Source: an uncultured Porphyromonadaceae bacterium | GTDB taxonomy: Bacteria > Bacteroidota > Bacteroidia > Bacteroidales > Muribaculaceae | Direction: 5' to 3' | DNA length: 64,000 bases | NCBI GenBank assembly: GCA_947177185.1 | Contig: CAMWTJ010000004.1 | Span: 32,175 to 96,174, forward strand | Made by a program: the position numbers and the translations under genes | In this document: piece by piece, positions 57,112 through 64,000 of the stretch | Layout of the letters: each line of letters opens with the position of its first letter | Position numbering within the stretch: position 1 is the stretch's first letter | Notes under the pieces: generated by a model | Database searches by the model: none | Seen by the model: only the letters and a program-made list of their open reading frames with translations | Told to the model about the DNA's origin: nothing

Positions 57112-57836
57112 CCCTCTTTCTCATCAAGCAACGCAGCCAGCGCATCGATTCTTTCGTCGAACGAGTCGATGCGCTGCGTCTGTTCGCGCGTGAGGCCGTA
57201 GATGTTCAGTCCGCAGCCGCTGTGGGTGCAGTATTCGGCTTCCGCGGCGTTAGTATGGCCGTGCGGGCATATATACCTAAGTTCTTTGCGCAGCAGTCCG
57301 CGTCCGTCGGCCATCTCGCCTTCTTCCGGGAGTGTGCGCAGTCGCCTCGAGAGGCGTCGCATTTCCCTGAGGTCTTCGCGGCTGTAGGTGGGCTGGAAGG
57401 CCTCGAGCAGGTCGGCTGCAAGCGACGCCTCGCCGCGGTCTATAAGCCCGATAACGGATGGCGCGTCGAACAGTTCGCAGTCGCAAATCAGGCTGTACGT
57501 AGCTTCCGGCGCGCTTACGGTGTCGTCGTAGACAAGCTCCACAGCGTAGTGCCGGGGAATAGATTTCAGGTAGCGGGGAAACTCTATCAGCGCAAGGCGG
57601 TTCGGCGCCCGCCGTTCTTCCTCGGGCAGCACCGCGCTCACCAGGAATTTTCTGTACAGAGCCCATCCTATGCCCGTGAGGGCATGTCCGATGATAAAAT
57701 CCCAGTTGGCCTGCGACGGAAAAACTCCCGGCTGCGCAAGCAGTTCGGCATAGCGTCGCTGCAGCAACTCCGTGCGCAATTCGTCGGCTGATACGACCGG
57801 CGGCTGAGGTACAAGAGTCTGGTCGGGTGGCAACAT
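57099..57836 (-). CDS. Hypothetical protein with a C-terminal Cys/His cluster
   Basis: 245-aa ORF; CPHGHTN...YCTHSGCG resembles a zinc ribbon. Confidence 0.6.
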   Translation of the reverse strand: MLPPDQTLVPQPPVVSADELRTELLQRRYAELLAQPGVFPSQANWDFIIGHALTGIGWALYRKFLVSAVLPEEERRAPNRLALIEFPRYLKSIPRHYAVELVYDDTVSAPEATYSLICDCELFDAPSVIGLIDRGEASLAADLLEAFQPTYSREDLREMRRLSRRLRTLPEEGEMADGRGLLRKELRYICPHGHTNAAEAEYCTHSGCGLNIYGLTREQTQRIDSFDERIDALAALLDEKEGYIS

Positions 57837-57984
57837 CGTTCGGAGGTGAAAAATCTGATATATTCTGCAAATATAAGAAATTTTGCGGAATAGTATGAAA
57901 TTTAACTGTTTAACATTTGCATTTTAAGAAAACGCACATTATATTTGTGGACCGAATTATCACAGTCACAACAAAATACGCATT

Positions 57985-58851
57985 ATGATTCAACCAGACA
58001 ATATCCAGGCTGCATCGCAATTTTTGGTGCGGCATTATGAAATATCGCCGGTTCCCGTATATGTGGATACCACGGAGCCGTTTTTCTTTGTCTTGCTCGA
58101 AGGTGAAATCACAGTTGCGTACGATAGTTTTCCGGCCCTCACCATACGTCCCGGCGAGTTTGTGATGGTGCTCCGCCACAGTTGCTACCGCATGACGGTG
58201 GTGCGGCCCTCGGTGGGCATGCGTGTGTATAATTCGGAGTACTTTGTTGAGAAATGCTATAACGTGTTCGGCAATCTGTCTGATTTCATTACCAAGGATT
58301 TTCAGTACGAGTTCCGCGCGCTTCCGACTGTGCCGGCCATAAATCATTTTCACCACAGCATAAAGCAGACTATAATGGACGGGAACGCCTCGCCGCAACT
58401 GTTCACGCAGTGGCACGATGTGATGATTTCCATGATGGCGCTGTATTACACTCCGCGCCAGGTGGCCGAGTTTTTCTATCCGGTGCTCGCCTCCGACTTT
58501 GATTTCCGCCGCATGGTGATAGACCACAGCCTTAAGGTCAAGGACCTCCCGGAGCTGGCGGCGCTTTGCCATATGTCGCTAAGCACGTTCAAGCGGCGTT
58601 TCAAGCGCACGTTTCACGCTCCTGCCCATACGTGGATAGCTGCGCGCAAGGCCCATTTCATATACAGTGAGATTGTGAACACGCGCAAGACGTTCGGTGA
58701 GATAGCCGAGCAGTTCAACATATCGTCGAGTGCATATCTCACCGTGTTCTGCAAGCAGCATTTCGGGCAGACGCCCCAGGAGATACGTCGCCGCCGCTAC
58801 AAGTCGGTGCTGTGCGGCGAGCCGCAAGACGAAATCAGAGCAGTTCCTTGA
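57985..58851 (+). CDS. AraC-family transcriptional regulator
   Basis: [20 protein letters not shown]...[30 protein letters not shown]. Confidence 0.88.
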   Translation: MIQPDNIQAASQFLVRHYEISPVPVYVDTTEPFFFVLLEGEITVAYDSFPALTIRPGEFVMVLRHSCYRMTVVRPSVGMRVYNSEYFVEKCYNVFGNLSDFITKDFQYEFRALPTVPAINHFHHSIKQTIMDGNASPQLFTQWHDVMISMMALYYTPRQVAEFFYPVLASDFDFRRMVIDHSLKVKDLPELAALCHMSLSTFKRRFKRTFHAPAHTWIAARKAHFIYSEIVNTRKTFGEIAEQFNISSSAYLTVFCKQHFGQTPQEIRRRRYKSVLCGEPQDEIRAVP

Positions 58852-59452
58852 CGCCACGGAAGGTGCGTCGGTGCAGCGGGCTGACTCCTGCGGCCGCAAG
58901 TGCAGCGCGGTGGGATGCGGTGGGGTAGCCCTTGTTCACATCCCACCCGTATTGCGGGAATTCCGCAGCTGCGGCGTCCATGAAGTCGTCGCGCGCGGTT
59001 TTGGCCAGCACCGATGCCGCGGCTATGTTGGCCAGCTTTCCGTCGCCCCCTACCACAGTGGTATGCTCCACACCGGCATAGGGTTTGAAGCGGTTGCCGT
59101 CCACGGCTATGTGCGCCGGGCGCACGTCGAGGGCGTCAAGCGCTCTGTGCATGGCGAGGATAGACGCATTGAGTATGTTGATGCTGTCTATTTCTTCTGC
59201 AGAAACAGACGCCACTGCCCAGGCTACGGCCTCGGCTTTGATCACAGGCACAAGCTTGCGACGCTGCGCGTCGCTCAATTTTTTTGAATCGTTGAGCAGC
59301 GGATGGCTGAAATTGTCGGGCAGAATCACTGCGGCAGCATACACGGGGCCGGCGAGGCATCCGCGTCCGGCTTCGTCGCATCCTGCTTCCGACATGCCCG
59401 GACGCAGGCACGGCGGCAGAGGAGCCGCGAGTTTTTCAGATGGCGATTTCAC
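58835..59452 (-). CDS. rnhB: Ribonuclease HII
   Basis: [33 protein letters not shown] and KGYPT. Confidence 0.95.
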   Translation of the reverse strand: MKSPSEKLAAPLPPCLRPGMSEAGCDEAGRGCLAGPVYAAAVILPDNFSHPLLNDSKKLSDAQRRKLVPVIKAEAVAWAVASVSAEEIDSINILNASILAMHRALDALDVRPAHIAVDGNRFKPYAGVEHTTVVGGDGKLANIAAASVLAKTARDDFMDAAAAEFPQYGWDVNKGYPTASHRAALAAAGVSPLHRRTFRGVKELL

Positions 59453-60158
59453 AGTTGAGTATCAGTTCTACAAGATAAAGCGAGCGTACGTCGGAACGGC
59501 GCACTTCGATGTCGTCGTAGTCGGGGTTGTCGCTGTGCAGTGTGATTTTGTCGGGATCGGCGTTCCGGCGCACGTATTTAATCATGCGGTAGTCGTCGAG
59601 CACCACTACATATATCTGTCCCCATAGTATCGGGGCCGTGTCGCTGACAGGGCGGATAGACACCCAGCTGCCGTCCGATAGGCGTGGCGACATGGAATTG
59701 CCCCGCACCCGCACCAGCGGGTAGTCGGGGTTGACGCCCGGAAGGTTGAAGAAGCCCACTATGCGGTCGTCGGTGAATTCCCGGCTCAGATTGGCGTTGC
59801 CGGCGCTCACATTGATATCGTAGACCGGGGCCCCCTTGCGTGCCGATATGGCTGATTCGCCCGAATAGTCCGACGATGTGTTGAGCTCGCGGGCATGTAT
59901 GTCGCGGGGAAACGGCACCCCTTCTCCTTGGGTCAGCCATTGCTTTGATACGCCGAGGTCTACAACGAGGCGGTTGAGAAACGCATCAGTCACAGGCATC
60001 CGGCCCGAGAGCATGCGCGACAGGTTGGAGGGGTCTACGCCTGTGCGGGAGGCAAACTTGGCCTGCGTCATGCGCGACAGTTTTATCAGATAACGCAGGC
60101 GGTCGATAACGGAAGCGTTTGTTGCCGGCAAGGCGAGGTTGTCGAGTGAGTTTGCCAT
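59436..60158 (-). CDS. XRE-HTH + S24 peptidase (LexA/CI-like) regulator
   Basis: [24 protein letters not shown], cleavage-site-like VSAG, catalytic Ser in GNSM and Lys in MIK. Confidence 0.85.
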   Translation of the reverse strand: MANSLDNLALPATNASVIDRLRYLIKLSRMTQAKFASRTGVDPSNLSRMLSGRMPVTDAFLNRLVVDLGVSKQWLTQGEGVPFPRDIHARELNTSSDYSGESAISARKGAPVYDINVSAGNANLSREFTDDRIVGFFNLPGVNPDYPLVRVRGNSMSPRLSDGSWVSIRPVSDTAPILWGQIYVVVLDDYRMIKYVRRNADPDKITLHSDNPDYDDIEVRRSDVRSLYLVELILNCEIAI

Positions 60159-60254
60159 GTGGGTATGTGTTTTGTTTGCAAAGATACAACATTTTTTGTA
60201 AAATGCAAATGTGCATTGAACAACAAACGCCGTCTGCCGCCGTTATAAATATAT

Positions 60255-61052
60255 ATGATGGATATCCTTGAAGCAATAAGGACGCGCACATCGGTGCGCA
60301 CCTACGACGGCCGCGCTCTTGACGCGGCCGAGCGTGCGTCGGTTCTTGCCGCGATAAAAGCCGAGTCCGCGCCTTTTGGCGGCAGCTACGAGATACGCCT
60401 GCACTCATTTTCCGGCCCCGGCGAGTTCCGTCCCGGCACGTACGGTGTGATTCGCGGCGCCTCGGACTATCTCATGATGGCTTACGACGACAGCTCCGAT
60501 GCCGCACGGCTGAGTGCCGGATATGCCATGGAGGGGGTGGTGCTGCGCGCCACGGCCATCGGGCTCGGCACATGCTGGATTGCCGCCACGTTCCGCGGCA
60601 CTGATTTCGCCCGTGCGTGCGTGTGGCCCGACGGGATGCCGCTGAAGATAGTAAGCCCTATAGGGCATCCGGCGGGGAGGCGTTTTATAGAGCGGGTGAT
60701 GCGCATGGGAGTCGGCTCCGACAGGCGCAAGCCGTTCGGCACGCTGTTTTTCGACGGCGAGCCAGGCCGACCGCTCTCAGCCGCGGCATCATGCTTCGGC
60801 GAATCTCTTGATATGCTTCGCCTCGCACCCTCGTCCACAAACTCCCAGCCATGGCGGGCCGTGGTGGCCGGTGGCAGCGTGCACTTATACTGTATGCGCA
60901 AGGGAGCGCTGTCGGTGCTCGACTGCGGCATAGCCCTGCGCCACCTTTACGAGGCCGAAACTGCGGCCGGGCATGCGGGAGCCTTTTACCGCGACGAAAG
61001 CGCACCACGGATGCAGGGCGCGGACTACCTTACGAGCTATCGCCGCATATGA
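60255..61052 (+). CDS. Nitroreductase-family protein
   Basis: IRTRTSVRTY, LGTCW, RLAPSSTNSQPW and DCGIALRHL. Confidence 0.85.
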   Translation: MMDILEAIRTRTSVRTYDGRALDAAERASVLAAIKAESAPFGGSYEIRLHSFSGPGEFRPGTYGVIRGASDYLMMAYDDSSDAARLSAGYAMEGVVLRATAIGLGTCWIAATFRGTDFARACVWPDGMPLKIVSPIGHPAGRRFIERVMRMGVGSDRRKPFGTLFFDGEPGRPLSAAASCFGESLDMLRLAPSSTNSQPWRAVVAGGSVHLYCMRKGALSVLDCGIALRHLYEAETAAGHAGAFYRDESAPRMQGADYLTSYRRI

Positions 61053-61094
61053 CGCGTGTTTGCAAAGCCCGAAATTAAAGCGTAACTTTGCAGC

Positions 61095-63083
<1,989 letters not shown>

Positions 63084-63103
63084 ACCGCAGCTCAACTGAA
63101 GCA

Positions 63104-63139
63104 CAGCGCGCCCGAGGCCTCACGGTCCCGGGCGCGCTG
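63104..63139. terminator. Hairpin between convergent genes
   Basis: Perfect 11-bp stem CAGCGCGCCCG/CGGGCGCGCTG. Confidence 0.55.
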
Positions 63140-63162
63140 CAAATATATGGCAGAAAAGAAAA

Positions 63163-63999
63163 TCAGATAGCTATTTTAGTGGCTTTGCCGTTGCGGAGCA
63201 TGATGTACACACCATGCGCCGACGGTTGCTCGCGGAGTCTGCGGCCGCCCAGGTCGTAGTACACGGCTGCCTGTTCCGGCGCTTCGATTTCGTCGATGCC
63301 GGTGGCGTGGGCTTTCGTCACGAGGATATACTGGTCGGAGGGCACGATGCTGACTGTGGCATAGACTTTGTCGCCAGAGCGCACTTCGCCATCGGCGGCC
63401 GGAGTGAGATTGGTTGTGGTATTGGCGCGCAGCTGCAGAGGCAGGCGCTCGTCCTTTACAATCTGGGCGGAAGAGGTCGGTCCGTAGATAAATACCGGCA
63501 TGCTGTATTGCCGTTCGTAGGACACCCGGAACGATGCAGGCAGTACCACGTTTCCGGCATATACGCCGTCGGAGCCTGAGAGTGCCACGTATTCGGAATC
63601 GCTGCTCATTAGAAAAATCTGTGCCGGATATACGATTTCGTCGGGGCTGTCGGAGTATTTGACAGTAAAGTAATTGTATCCGGGATTCTGGTAATAAGTG
63701 ATGTCGTAGGTGCCGGGGTCTACGGATGCGTATCGTCCCATTATCGACAGCGGGTTTTCCATGCCGATGATGGCCGGCTGAGTGGCCCATGAGGGCATGT
63801 TGTAGAAGGTGGCTTTTGTATCGGAAGTGCTTTCGGCGAAGAACGTGAAGCCCGCCCCCTCGATAGCCACGCCCTTGGCGCTCATGCCTTCTGCGCCTTG
63901 CGAGGCGGTCAGTTCCACCTGCCCCTGATAAGTTCCGTCGGGAAGCTGCACGGTTTTTCCTGAAGCATCTACAGGCACTACGAATATTTTGCCCTCGGA
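63163..63999 (-). CDS. Secreted protein with T9SS-type C-terminal domain (5' end outside window)
   Basis: Frame is open to the window edge; ends TGIDEIEA...VYYDLGGRRL...GVYIMLRNGKATKIAI. Confidence 0.7.
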   Translation of the reverse strand, partial: SEGKIFVVPVDASGKTVQLPDGTYQGQVELTASQGAEGMSAKGVAIEGAGFTFFAESTSDTKATFYNMPSWATQPAIIGMENPLSIMGRYASVDPGTYDITYYQNPGYNYFTVKYSDSPDEIVYPAQIFLMSSDSEYVALSGSDGVYAGNVVLPASFRVSYERQYSMPVFIYGPTSSAQIVKDERLPLQLRANTTTNLTPAADGEVRSGDKVYATVSIVPSDQYILVTKAHATGIDEIEAPEQAAVYYDLGGRRLREQPSAHGVYIMLRNGKATKIAI

Positions 64000-64000
64000 G

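Noticed and set aside
59436-60158. Prophage repressor implying a prophage
   Set aside because: It is flanked by rnhB and a nitroreductase; no integrase or structural genes are present.

Overview
A GC-rich Bacteroidales window. Gene content, TTTG-N19-20-TAnnTTTG promoters and a T9SS-type C-terminal tail suggest Muribaculaceae, but that is an inference. Most of it is housekeeping: DUF1015, MgtC-family, lpxH, rpsO, thrC, the moxR-DUF58-batABCDE operon, tamB, glsAB-like acyltransferases, ftsX-uppP-truB-queA, rnhB and an ABC-F. The stand-out is an accessory locus at about 2455-12862. It has two tandem lipoprotein-TPR-TM-HTH sensor/regulators whose ends are nearly identical at DNA level but whose sensor middles are divergent and AT-richer. 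Transcribed divergently from them are a DUF3244-like protein, a radical SAM/SPASM enzyme, an 87-aa double-glycine precursor peptide that the ORF track hides, a TonB-dependent-type barrel and a C39 peptidase ABC exporter. The precursor core has six Cys, a 15-residue period and NxxC-x-N motifs. This reads as a RiPP system, possibly for peptide signalling, with a palindromic operator. Other observations are three copies of a REP-like unit sitting right behind stop codons (two form a REPIN/MITE-like pair), two candidate intergenic sRNAs with complementary motifs, and a glycine-lipid operon extended by a glycosyltransferase, a deacetylase and an ATP-grasp-like gene. No rRNA, tRNA, CRISPR array, integrase or transposase was seen. 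All family calls come from motif recognition by eye; no database search was run.
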